A DNA stretch of 63,996 bases, counting the filler, from a bacterium (GTDB lineage: Bacteria; JAMORN01): NCBI GenBank assembly GCA_027063545.1. It is 16 parts of 16 records of this genome, joined end to end, with 100 filler letters (N's around TTAATTAATTAA, not from the genome) between each part and the next. Parts side by side here need not be neighbours in the genome. Positions count along the whole stretch, not along the records: positions 20,698 to 24,682 come from JAMORN010000240.1; positions 24,783 to 28,760 come from JAMORN010000241.1; positions 28,861 to 32,836 come from JAMORN010000243.1; 13 more parts are not named here. The stretch is one strand, 5' to 3'. Below the pieces are notes generated by a model. It did not search any database. It saw only the letters and a program-made list of their open reading frames with translations, and was not told the origin of the DNA. This document shows positions 20,790 through 30,228 of this stretch, piece by piece (the first letter of the stretch is position 1; each line of letters starts with the position of its first letter). The translations under genes and the position numbers were made by a program.

Positions 20790-22543
20790 TTTTTTAACCT
20801 CCAGTTTAACCCCCATTCAAATGTTAAAGGATTAACAATATCCATAAAATTATTATAGACTACTTCATTTGTTATATTCTTAATATTATAATATAAATTA
20901 AAATCTCTTAGAATTAAAGTGCTATATAAATTAAAAATATTTCTATTTTGTTGATATATTAATCCATCTCCTAGATAAGATAAAATATATCTATCCGATA
21001 AGTACCGATAATTAAATATAATATCACCTATTAATCTATTAGATAAAATATAAAATCGTTTTTTTAAACTGATATTGATTTTATATGGATAATCGTCTAT
21101 AGGATAATAGAAATTTATCTTGCTATTATCTATATACGGATACAAATCAGTTTTTAAAGATAAAAGAACTGAAAATCCATGTGTTAATGATTGGATTAAA
21201 CTAATATTAGAATAAATATAGTTTAAATTCCTATCTATATTTTTATATTTTATCCAATAGAAATTTTCTAGACTATCATCTAAAAATATACTATAATATA
21301 TAGGATTATTTTGGCTTTCAAAAGTAAACAAAAGATAGATTATACTAGTTCTGTTTTTTTTATACTTGTATTCTATATATAATTTTTTATTTAAATATGG
21401 CTTTAAAAAAGGATTATCAACAAAAGAAAGTCTATCTGTTATTATATATTTATAAAATGGGTTATAATTTGTTGTATAATAGTCAAATCCTATTTTATAA
21501 TAAAAAGTTGTATCATTATTCTCTATACCTATACCTATATTACTATAAAATAATGAACTATCAATCATATCATACTCTGGAAAAAATTTTATGAAAAAAA
21601 CTTTATTTTTTAGTTTTATTGCTGTATTTAATCTTTTGACATAATAAAATTGTATAGAATCTTTTGATAATGATTTATAATTAAATTCAAATATAGTATA
21701 AATAATATCTTTATATTTAGTTTTAAAAAGAATTTTTCTCTCAAAAACAAAACCTCCAAAAATAGGAGAATAATTAGTCTGAGTTATATTAAAATCTAAA
21801 TTATTTAAATAATTATAATTTATACCAAATATATTCCTTTTACTAATACTAATATTATATAACATAGAATAATCTCTATAAAAAAGAAAATCTGTATTTA
21901 AAGAATGAAAGTATCTACTATAAAATAAAATGATATTCCCCCAATTATATAATCTAAATCCCCAATTAAAATCTAAGTTTAATCTCTTATCTCCATATAC
22001 ATAATAACTGCTGTCACTATTTCTATATGAAAACCAATAACCTTTTTCCCCTAAATCTGTTTTCCCTCCAAATAATCTTATATCAAAAAAGCTATTATTT
22101 GATATATTTCTATATAAATATAAGCCTAGTATATAAGTATTAAAATCTCCATAATGATATTCAAAATCATAATAACTTATACTGTCTTTAGCTATAAAAG
22201 CCCTGTCTAAAATATTAATATACTCTCTGCTGAAAATATCACTAACATCCAATATTATATTTGATCTTTTTATTCCTATTAAATTTAAATCTATAGGATT
22301 ATAGGCGATTAAATTATCTAAAATTCTATAATTATACTCTATAAGATTAAAGCCTCTAGCTCCTTTATAAGAAACGGATGAATTAAATGGAAGTAATGAA
22401 AAAAAAGAAAAAAAGTTATTATAGTTTAATAATACTCTATCATTATTTATGTTAGAAAAATATTCTACATTATAAACGATACAAAAAATATTAGAGTATA
22501 AAATTGTAAAAATAAGTAAAATAATTGAATATATAATCCTCAA
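20786..22543 (-). CDS. Putative outer-membrane beta-barrel protein
   Basis: Signal peptide, Tyr/Phe-rich amphipathic strands, C-terminal NLYYNIKNIT...FEWGLNWRLKN. Confidence 0.6.
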   Translation of the reverse strand: MRIIYSIILLIFTILYSNIFCIVYNVEYFSNINNDRVLLNYNNFFSFFSLLPFNSSVSYKGARGFNLIEYNYRILDNLIAYNPIDLNLIGIKRSNIILDVSDIFSREYINILDRAFIAKDSISYYDFEYHYGDFNTYILGLYLYRNISNNSFFDIRLFGGKTDLGEKGYWFSYRNSDSSYYVYGDKRLNLDFNWGFRLYNWGNIILFYSRYFHSLNTDFLFYRDYSMLYNISISKRNIFGINYNYLNNLDFNITQTNYSPIFGGFVFERKILFKTKYKDIIYTIFEFNYKSLSKDSIQFYYVKRLNTAIKLKNKVFFIKFFPEYDMIDSSLFYSNIGIGIENNDTTFYYKIGFDYYTTNYNPFYKYIITDRLSFVDNPFLKPYLNKKLYIEYKYKKNRTSIIYLLFTFESQNNPIYYSIFLDDSLENFYWIKYKNIDRNLNYIYSNISLIQSLTHGFSVLLSLKTDLYPYIDNSKINFYYPIDDYPYKINISLKKRFYILSNRLIGDIIFNYRYLSDRYILSYLGDGLIYQQNRNIFNLYSTLILRDFNLYYNIKNITNEVVYNNFMDIVNPLTFEWGLNWRLKN

Positions 22544-22551
22544 TAAATATA

Positions 22552-22851
22552 TTAACCCCCTTTAATTTTACTTGTTGCATATTGAATAAAAGATTTTGAG
22601 GCTTTAAATACAGGTGCTACCCTTTTACCAACTTCTATTTTTTCCCCTGTTCTAGGATTTCTTTTGACCGCAGGTTCCTTATATTTCAATTTAAATCTTC
22701 CAAAATCTCTTATTTCAATTGGTCTGCCTTCTTTTAAAGCATCCTTTATGGCATCAAAAAAATAATTTACAATATATTTACTTTGAGTATAAGTTAAGCC
22801 TGTTTTTAAAGATAAAGCTTCTACTAAATCCTTCTTTATAATATTTCCCAT
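22552..22851 (-). CDS. HU/IHF family DNA-binding protein
   Basis: KKDLVEAL...IEIRDFGRF...RNPRTGE...PVFKAS. Confidence 0.95.
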   Translation of the reverse strand: MGNIIKKDLVEALSLKTGLTYTQSKYIVNYFFDAIKDALKEGRPIEIRDFGRFKLKYKEPAVKRNPRTGEKIEVGKRVAPVFKASKSFIQYATSKIKGG

Positions 22852-22888
22852 ATTAAAAATCCTCCTTATTTTGTAAAGGTTGAATAAA

Positions 22889-22917
22889 AAAATAAAAAAA
22901 TAATACTAGTTTTTCAA
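22889..22917 (-). promoter_or_regulatory. Sigma-70-type promoter TTGAAA-N17-TATTTT
   Basis: Exact 17-nt spacing, upstream of the HU/IHF gene. Confidence 0.55.
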
Positions 22918-24288
22918 ACTATCATTGAGATTATTATAATATTTAGAGTATTTAAAGATCTGGCCTGTATATCTCTCATATAAGTCTAACGCCTCATTAT
23001 TCGTTGGATCTACTAAACAAGCCTCTATAACAAGATCTACCGCTTTATTTCTATATGAGTTAGGATCTATATGCATATAACTTTCAGCTAAAAGCAATAA
23101 AATCTTAACATCATTTTTTGAATATTTTCCTTTTATTTTTTTAATTATATCAATACTTTTTTCTAACACTAAAACAGCCTTTTTATACCTTCCATATTTA
23201 TAATAAATCTGTCCTATTCTATAAAGAGCTTTATAATTATTTTGATTAAACATGTAGGCTTTTTTTAATGCATCAAAAGCCAAAGAATCACGTTTCAAAT
23301 ATAAGTATATCTGGGCAATATTATACCATGTATTATAATCATATGGATAAATAGATAAAGCTATCTTAAATTCCTTTAAAGCATTATCTAAATCTTCCAT
23401 ATGATAATAGGATATTCCCATATATGAATGAATGATATTATTAAATGGGTAATACTCCAACGCCTTTTTGTATGCTTGTATTGCACTTTGATACTCTTTC
23501 TTTCTATGGAAAAATTGACCTTCTAATAAGTATACTTTATAATCCTTTTCTATATTTGAACTCATAGCTTTAGATAAATAGCTTAAAAATAAGCTGTCAT
23601 CTCCACCTGCATAAAAGATAAACTCAGCCATTGTTAAATTATAAAGATAACTTTTGTAAAAAGATTTTGAATAGTTTTTATCTTTCATAAAATCTTCTAA
23701 AATATATAAAAGGGAATCTTCATTATCCTTCATCAACTCTCTATAAAATCTTATTCTATATTTTATAATCTTTTTAAGGTCTAAGTCTCCTCTATAATTT
23801 TCTATCATATCCATAGCTTTATTAAACTCATTGAAATATATGTATACATTAGATAACATATAAAATAGAGTATCTAATGTTATCTCATCAAATGGAAGAG
23901 TAATTGCCTTTTCTAAAAATTGCTTAGCTTCTTTATAATTACCTCTTTTATAATAATAAAAACTTACTATATAAACTGCTCTTATACATGTACTATCAAT
24001 ACTACTCCCACTAATTCCTTCATAGTAATTATTCCCATTACCATCGACCATATTACTATCTGTACTTGTACTATCTAATAAATTATCTTTATTGTTATTG
24101 TTCTTTGACTTATATTCCTTAGATTCTGTTTTACTTTTAGAAGCTGCACTCTGAATCTTCTGCTGTCTTATTGTAAGTCCTACAAAAAATAATATTAGCA
24201 AAAATAAAAAGATAAAAATTCCAACAATTACAGGAAAAAATCTACTATTTCTTAGTTCTAATAATTTATCTTTCATACTCATTTTCAT
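22906..24288 (-). CDS. Membrane-anchored tetratricopeptide repeat protein
   Basis: N-terminal TM, Ser/Asn linker, repeated G..Y......A...YKKAL...P TPR motifs. Confidence 0.8.
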   Translation of the reverse strand: MKMSMKDKLLELRNSRFFPVIVGIFIFLFLLILFFVGLTIRQQKIQSAASKSKTESKEYKSKNNNNKDNLLDSTSTDSNMVDGNGNNYYEGISGSSIDSTCIRAVYIVSFYYYKRGNYKEAKQFLEKAITLPFDEITLDTLFYMLSNVYIYFNEFNKAMDMIENYRGDLDLKKIIKYRIRFYRELMKDNEDSLLYILEDFMKDKNYSKSFYKSYLYNLTMAEFIFYAGGDDSLFLSYLSKAMSSNIEKDYKVYLLEGQFFHRKKEYQSAIQAYKKALEYYPFNNIIHSYMGISYYHMEDLDNALKEFKIALSIYPYDYNTWYNIAQIYLYLKRDSLAFDALKKAYMFNQNNYKALYRIGQIYYKYGRYKKAVLVLEKSIDIIKKIKGKYSKNDVKILLLLAESYMHIDPNSYRNKAVDLVIEACLVDPTNNEALDLYERYTGQIFKYSKYYNNLNDSLKN

Positions 24289-24682
24289 ACTTTTCTATTA
24301 TATATTCTATAGCATCCTTTAATGGAAAACCTTCTTTATAGCCTTGATGCTCCAATAAAATCTTTCCATCTTTATTCAATATTATTAATGTTGGTACTAC
24401 ATTTACATTAAATAACTTTGCTGGTGCCTTTGAATTATTCAATGGACTCCATAAAATAATAATAGGAGATAAATCTCCAAAATTTGAATTAATAAAATTA
24501 ATCGCATCTGTTTTTGTTTTATCCATTGAGATTAAAACCACTTGAATATCGTCCCTTTCCGATAAAATTTTCTTTTGAAACTCTAAAAGCTCTGGGATTT
24601 CCTTTCTACATGGCTTACAATAAGAGGCAAAAAAAGAAATTACCAAATATTTTCTTGGGTCCTTTCCATATAAATCATATTT
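24266..24682 (-). CDS. TlpA/ResA-type thiol-disulfide oxidoreductase, 5'-truncated
   Basis: ISFFASYCKPCRKEIP (CxxC) and VPTLIILNKDGKI. Frame open to the contig end. Confidence 0.88.
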   Translation of the reverse strand, partial: KYDLYGKDPRKYLVISFFASYCKPCRKEIPELLEFQKKILSERDDIQVVLISMDKTKTDAINFINSNFGDLSPIIILWSPLNNSKAPAKLFNVNVVPTLIILNKDGKILLEHQGYKEGFPLKDAIEYIIEKYENEYER

Positions 24683-24782
24683 NNNNNNNNNNNNNNNNNN
24701 NNNNNNNNNNNNNNNNNNNNNNNNNNTTAATTAATTAANNNNNNNNNNNNNNNNNNNNNNNNNNNNNNNNNNNNNNNNNNNN

Positions 24783-24877
24783 ATAACCTCATCTAATTCT
24801 TTTTGTGTTGCCTTTTTATTTATTTCCAAAAACTCTTTTTCCTGATTTTTTAAAGAAGAGATTCTATCTACAAACAT
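24783..24877 (-). CDS. N-terminal stub after thiG (possibly ThiH)
   Basis: ATG with AGGTG SD, MFVDRISSLKNQEKEFLEINKK..., open to the contig end. Identity is inferred only from position. Confidence 0.35.
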
Positions 24878-24884
24878 ACTTCAC

Positions 24885-25706
24885 CTATTCTAAAAATTTT
24901 AATAATCCCTCTGTAGGACTTGATGCAGAGGCTCTTTTTTTCTGAGATGGTAACCCTGATAAATATCCTAACCTTCCACTTAGTACTGCCATTTTCATAC
25001 TCAAAGCAAACTCTTTAGGATTTTGTGCTACTGCAAAGGCAGTATTTACCAAAACAGCATCCGCTCCCATCTCCATTGCTTCTGCTGCATGAGATGGCCT
25101 TCCAATACCAGCATCTATAACAACAGGCACATTTGCCCTTTCTATTATAATCTCAAGTTGATCTTTATTTGATATACCTCTGTTTGTTCCTATTAAAGAC
25201 CCGAGGGGCATAACCGCAACCACACCTATATCCTCTAATTTTTTTGCTAAAATTGGATCTGTGTTTATATAAGGAAGAACTACCCAACCATCTCTTACAA
25301 GCATTTCTGCTGCTTTTAGGGTTTCTGTTGGGTCAGGAAGAAGTGTTTTTGGATCCGGTGTGATTTCTATTTTAACCCATTTAGGAAGGCCTGCTTTTTC
25401 TGCTATTTTTGCTATTTTAAAAGCCTCTTCCGCTGTTTTTGCTCCTGAGGTATTTACCATTACAATAGTATTTTCCATTAGATAATCTAAAGCTTGGCCC
25501 ATTCCGGGAAGATCTGGATTTAATCTTCTTACTGCTACAGTAACAATATCAGGCTCAACAACTTTAACTACATTAAGTAGAGTTTCAACAGAGTCAAACT
25601 TTCCTGTCCCAACAAATAATCTATTTTTTATTTCTCTTCCTGCAATGATTAATTTATCTTCTTTTAGGGTATTCTCTAAAATTTCTATATTTTCTTTTGA
25701 AATCAT
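24885..25706 (-). CDS. thiG: Thiazole synthase
   Basis: RLFVGTGKF, VTVAVRR, NTSGAKTAEEA, WVKIE, TLLPD, VMPLGSLIGT, DAGIG.PS.A..AMEMGADAVLVNTA. Confidence 0.97.
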   Translation of the reverse strand: MISKENIEILENTLKEDKLIIAGREIKNRLFVGTGKFDSVETLLNVVKVVEPDIVTVAVRRLNPDLPGMGQALDYLMENTIVMVNTSGAKTAEEAFKIAKIAEKAGLPKWVKIEITPDPKTLLPDPTETLKAAEMLVRDGWVVLPYINTDPILAKKLEDIGVVAVMPLGSLIGTNRGISNKDQLEIIIERANVPVVIDAGIGRPSHAAEAMEMGADAVLVNTAFAVAQNPKEFALSMKMAVLSGRLGYLSGLPSQKKRASASSPTEGLLKFLE

Positions 25707-25807
25707 ATATTATAACCTCTTCTTTTTAAAAGAAAAATAAAAAAAATACTGAAAAAAAACTATTTTTTTATTAAATTTAGAGATAAGTTATAACAAGGAG
25801 GCTCTTT

Positions 25808-26773
25808 ATGAATATGGGAGTTATCATATTCTTCTCAACAATTCTTGTTTTAACTATTGGACTATTTATTTTCTCATTTTTTTATACTATCTATTCATTA
25901 GAACATTATAAACCAAAAACAATAGAAGAAATAAAAAAATCCAAAGAACTTCAAGAGCACTTTGAAGTAGAAGAAAACAAATACTATTTAGAAGATTATG
26001 GATTAAAAACAAAAAAATTTTTTATAAAATTAAATAATCTAGAATTATTTTCAGAAATTTCATTACCTGAAAAACCTTCAAAAAGATGTTTAGTTTTTGT
26101 GCATGGCAGAGAATCAAATCATGTTAGGGTATTAAAATATGTAAATATATTAAAACAATGTAACTTTCATAAAGAGAATTATATTGCTGTATTAGATTTA
26201 AGAAACTCTGGAGAATCTACTCCTTCAAAAGTTACCTTTGGATATAACGAATATAAAGATCTAGAAACTATTTTAGAATATTTACACAAAACCTACTTTA
26301 TAGATGAATTTATTCTTTGGGGTTTTTCAATGGGTGCGATGGTAATTGGTAGATTTCTAAAAAAATCATATCCTAAATATAAAAATGATTTTAAAATCTC
26401 AAAAATAATCCTAGATAGTCCTTTAAGTAACACTAAAAAAACTATAGAGTTTATTTTAAATAAAAAATTCAAAATCCCTGAAATTGGAAATTTTTATACA
26501 TATTTATATAATAAAATAAGAAAAAATTATTTAGATGGCTTAAGACTCTCTGTATTATATAAAAACTTTGATGGAGATGTATACATAATAGCCTCAGAAG
26601 AAGATAATGTTACCCCTTTTAAATATCTAAAGGAAGAACTTGATATTCTAGACGATAAAAAACATTTTCATTTGTACGTATTTTCAAAAGGTGCTCATGT
26701 GAAAATTTATTCTGAAAATAAAAAAGAGTATACTAACTTAATAAAGGATATACTATGTTCAAATGTAAAATAA
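25808..26773 (+). CDS. Membrane-anchored alpha/beta hydrolase
   Basis: N-terminal TM, FVHG, DLRNSGES, GFSMG nucleophile elbow, D and H of the triad (EEDNV, GAH). Confidence 0.85.
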   Translation: MNMGVIIFFSTILVLTIGLFIFSFFYTIYSLEHYKPKTIEEIKKSKELQEHFEVEENKYYLEDYGLKTKKFFIKLNNLELFSEISLPEKPSKRCLVFVHGRESNHVRVLKYVNILKQCNFHKENYIAVLDLRNSGESTPSKVTFGYNEYKDLETILEYLHKTYFIDEFILWGFSMGAMVIGRFLKKSYPKYKNDFKISKIILDSPLSNTKKTIEFILNKKFKIPEIGNFYTYLYNKIRKNYLDGLRLSVLYKNFDGDVYIIASEEDNVTPFKYLKEELDILDDKKHFHLYVFSKGAHVKIYSENKKEYTNLIKDILCSNVK

Positions 26774-27591
26774 AGATTCCCCAAGAAATTGAAGAAGTTT
26801 TTGACTCTATTTTTATTGAAATGTTTGGTGGTTTTGAAGAGAATTTTGAAGAAGATAATAAAATATATGTCCTATATTTTGAAGAACCTAAATTTATTGA
26901 GGAATTAAAAAGTTTTGAAATATACTTTTTAGACATAAAAATAGAATTTATTGGTGATGAGTGGAAAGAAAAATGGAAAAAATATGTAAAACCTGTTGAG
27001 TATAAAAATTTTTTTATTCATCCCTCTTTTATAGAGGATAAAAAGGATAAGATTAATATTATAATAGAACCTTCTTTTGCGTTTGGGACTGGCGAGCATG
27101 AGACAACAAGAATATGTATAGAAACTATTATTGATTTATTTGAAGAAAAAAAGGATAATGATAAGATTAAATTTTTAGATGTTGGTACTGGCAGTGGAAT
27201 ACTATCAATAATTGCTTATAAACTAGGAGTAAGAGACATAATAAGTTTTGATATAGATCCTTTGGCAGTAAAAAAAGCAAAGGAACATTTTGAAATAAAT
27301 AATATTGAGGTTAATAGCAAAAATGGAATAAAACTATTTACTGGTGGGATTGAAGGATTAAAAGATGATATTAAATTTGATTTTATTGTAGCAAATATAA
27401 TCTCTTCTGTGTTAAAACAAATCACTCCTAAATTAAAACTTCATCTAAAAGAAAACTCCCTTGTTTTATTTTCAGGGATTTTAAAATCTGAGATAGAAGA
27501 TTTTATTAGATTTTTGGAAAATGAAGGGTTTAGTATTGAGAGAATAATAGAAAAAGAAAAGTGGGCAGGGGTTATAGGATGTTTATCCTAA
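26755..27591 (+). CDS. prmA: Ribosomal protein L11 methyltransferase
   Basis: W.E.WKKY, EPSFAFGTGEHETT, LDVGTGSGILSI, VANI, FSGIL. Confidence 0.95.
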   Translation: MFKCKIKIPQEIEEVFDSIFIEMFGGFEENFEEDNKIYVLYFEEPKFIEELKSFEIYFLDIKIEFIGDEWKEKWKKYVKPVEYKNFFIHPSFIEDKKDKINIIIEPSFAFGTGEHETTRICIETIIDLFEEKKDNDKIKFLDVGTGSGILSIIAYKLGVRDIISFDIDPLAVKKAKEHFEINNIEVNSKNGIKLFTGGIEGLKDDIKFDFIVANIISSVLKQITPKLKLHLKENSLVLFSGILKSEIEDFIRFLENEGFSIERIIEKEKWAGVIGCLS

Positions 27592-27757
27592 TTTTTTTAA
27601 GATACTAGTCTTTATAATAAAAATATATATGCTCGATTTTCTCATTTTTTTCTACAATAACTTATTGATTTTGTTTTAATTAATCTATTGGCACCCTTAT
27701 TGTTTTTGTATTAATTAGTTAAGTTAAAATTTTCTACTTACTTAAAAAATTATAATT

Positions 27758-27786
27758 TTGACGTATATATATATATTATATATATT
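27758..27786 (+). promoter_or_regulatory. Sigma-70-type promoter TTGACG-N17-TATATT with a (TA)n spacer
   Basis: Exact 17-nt spacer TATATATATATATTATA, about 70 nt upstream of the YkvA-like gene. Confidence 0.55.
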
Positions 27787-27856
27787 ACAAACAGAGGGAT
27801 TCATAACATATATAAAAAATTATAAACATAAAATAAACTAAGAAAAGGGGGTTAAA

Positions 27857-28234
27857 ATGAGCAATAATAATGAAATCGAAAAATATGAAAAAGAATTAAA
27901 CGAAAGAGTAAAAAATGTAAAAGAAGAAGATATTACAGAAATTGATAATAAAATAGATACCTTTTTAAATATAAGTGCTTTAAAAAAGATAAAAGATAAA
28001 ATAAAAACATTATATAATATTATAAAAGATTCTGAGACCCCTTGGGAATACAAAGCTGTTGCTATTGCAGCTCTAATTTATTTAATATCTCCTATAGATT
28101 TAATACCTGATGCTTTCCCAATAATTGGATTCTTAGATGACATAAGTATAATTATGATAGCATACAATAAAATTATGGAGGCAGCTAATACTTTAGAAGA
28201 TAAACCTATACAAAATGAAGAAAATGATAATTAA
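27857..28234 (+). CDS. YkvA / DUF1232 family protein
   Basis: TPWEYKAVAIAALIYLISPIDLIPDAFPIIGFLDD signature. Confidence 0.92.
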   Translation: MSNNNEIEKYEKELNERVKNVKEEDITEIDNKIDTFLNISALKKIKDKIKTLYNIIKDSETPWEYKAVAIAALIYLISPIDLIPDAFPIIGFLDDISIIMIAYNKIMEAANTLEDKPIQNEENDN

Positions 28235-28253
28235 TAAACATAGGAAGGATAAT

Positions 28254-28760
28254 ATGAAATTTGAAAAAAAATTACTAAATACAATAAAAGCAAAAATTAA
28301 CATTATTCAAATTATAAGCTTTGAAACATTAAGAATACATGGAGCTTTAGCTTATGTTGCCAGTAAATTAGAAAGAACTTTATATGTATGGAATAGAATA
28401 GAAGGATTAAAAAAATGGGACTTTGAAAACCGAAAATTTACTATAGAAGACGAAGATATAACAACTGCTAGTGATATTTTAGAAAAATTTATAGATGACT
28501 TAGAAAAATCAATTTTACTATTAGAAGATTTTCATCCTGATTTAGCAGAACATCAAATACATAATATTAAAAGAATTAGAAATATTGCTATATCTAATTT
28601 AGAAAATAAAACATTAGTTTTAAATCAACCATTCCATTTTTTGCCTAAAGAGTTAGAAAAAGATGTTGAAGTTTTAGAAATAGATTATCCTAATTTTGAA
28701 GATATTAAAGTTATATATAAAAAAGTATGCAATACATTTAATATTGAATATAAAGAACCT
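28254..28760 (+). CDS. AAA+ ATPase of the Ycf46-like type (N-terminal degenerate domain), 3'-truncated
   Basis: IKA...IQIISFE..R, YVW....GL, LLLEDFH, LPKELEK...IDYP....I pattern. SD AGGAAGGA before the ATG at 28254. The Walker motifs would lie beyond the contig end. Confidence 0.65.
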
Positions 28761-28860
28761 NNNNNNNNNNNNNNNNNNNNNNNNNNNNNNNNNNNNNNNN
28801 NNNNTTAATTAATTAANNNNNNNNNNNNNNNNNNNNNNNNNNNNNNNNNNNNNNNNNNNN

Positions 28861-30225
28861 CATTTTGAAATTAAAGAAAAGTTAATAGAGGAATATCCTG
28901 AAGAAGAGAAGTTAATAGAAAGATACATTAAAGAAGTAGATAAAAAAGCGGTTAGGGATTTAATCTTTAAAGAAAAGAAAAGACCTGATGGAAGGGCTTT
29001 TGATGAGATAAGGCCTATAAGTTGTGAGGTAGGAGTTTTAGCTAGGACTCATGGTTCTGCATTATTTACGAGAGGAGAGACCCAGGCTTTGGTAGTAACA
29101 ACATTAGGAACAAAGTTTGATGAGCAATTAGATATAAACTTAGAAGGAGATACTCCAAAAAGATATATGTTCCATTATAATTTTCCTCCTTTTTCTACAG
29201 GTGATCCAAGACCAGATAAGGGATTATCAAGAAGAGAAATAGGACATGGAAATTTAGCTGAAAGAGCCTTAAAACCAATAATACCTTCAGAAGATGAATT
29301 CCCTTATACTATAAGAATAGTCTCAGATATTCTAGAGTCTAATGGCTCCTCTTCTATGGCCTCTGTATGTGGTGGTTCTTTATCATTATATGATGCAGGG
29401 GTTCCAGTGAAGAAGCATATTGCAGGAATTGCTATGGGGTTAATGAAAGAGGGTGATGAGTATGTAGTTCTTACAGATATTGCTGGTATGGAAGATCATT
29501 TAGGGGATATGGATTTTAAAGTTGCTGGTTCTAGAGATGGAATTACTGCCATTCAAATGGATATAAAAATAAAAGGATTAAGTTATGATATTTTAGAGAA
29601 GGCATTAAAACAAGCTAGAGAAGCTCGTTTTAAAATATTAAATTTAATGGAAAATACAATATCAAAACCGAAAGAATTATCCCAATATGCTCCTAAGATT
29701 GTTATACTTGAAGTTGATCCAAATAAACTAAGATTTGTTATAGGTCCTGGTGGTAAGAATTTAAAAGAAATTCAAGAAAAAACTGAGACTACACTTATAA
29801 TAGATCCTTTAGGAAGTGTTCAAGTAGTTGGTTATAATAAGGAATCTATTGATAAAGCTATTTCTATGATTCATGATTTAACCCAGGATCCAGAGATAGA
29901 TAAAATATATGAAGGTAAGGTTACTAATATATTAGACTTTGGGGTAATTGTAGAGTTTTTAAATGGAAGAATTGGTATGGTTCATATTTCAGAGTTGGCG
30001 GATGCATATATTAAAAATATAAGAGAAATCGTAAAAATTGGTGATAAAATGCCTGTTAAGGTAATTGATATAGAAGAAGATACAGGAAAAATTAAACTTT
30101 CAAGAAAGCAGGCAGTTGAAGAATTGGGTATAAAGGATGAGTTGAAGCAAAAAATAGAATCTTTATGGTCACAGCCAAATAGAATCACCAATACCAAAAG
30201 AGTGGATGATAATAAAAAATTATAA
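28861..30225 (+). CDS. pnp: Polyribonucleotide nucleotidyltransferase, 5'-truncated
   Basis: RPDGR...THGSALFTRGETQ, HYNFPPFS, RREIGHG, ESNGSSSMASVC, GDMDFKVAG, KH (IGPGGK) and S1 domains. Confidence 0.97.
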   Translation, partial: HFEIKEKLIEEYPEEEKLIERYIKEVDKKAVRDLIFKEKKRPDGRAFDEIRPISCEVGVLARTHGSALFTRGETQALVVTTLGTKFDEQLDINLEGDTPKRYMFHYNFPPFSTGDPRPDKGLSRREIGHGNLAERALKPIIPSEDEFPYTIRIVSDILESNGSSSMASVCGGSLSLYDAGVPVKKHIAGIAMGLMKEGDEYVVLTDIAGMEDHLGDMDFKVAGSRDGITAIQMDIKIKGLSYDILEKALKQAREARFKILNLMENTISKPKELSQYAPKIVILEVDPNKLRFVIGPGGKNLKEIQEKTETTLIIDPLGSVQVVGYNKESIDKAISMIHDLTQDPEIDKIYEGKVTNILDFGVIVEFLNGRIGMVHISELADAYIKNIREIVKIGDKMPVKVIDIEEDTGKIKLSRKQAVEELGIKDELKQKIESLWSQPNRITNTKRVDDNKKL

Positions 30226-30228
30226 ATT

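Noticed and set aside
27579-27608. Small ORF MFILIFLRY overlapping the prmA stop
   Set aside because: It is only nine codons with no similarity to RsmE or any leader peptide; likely chance.
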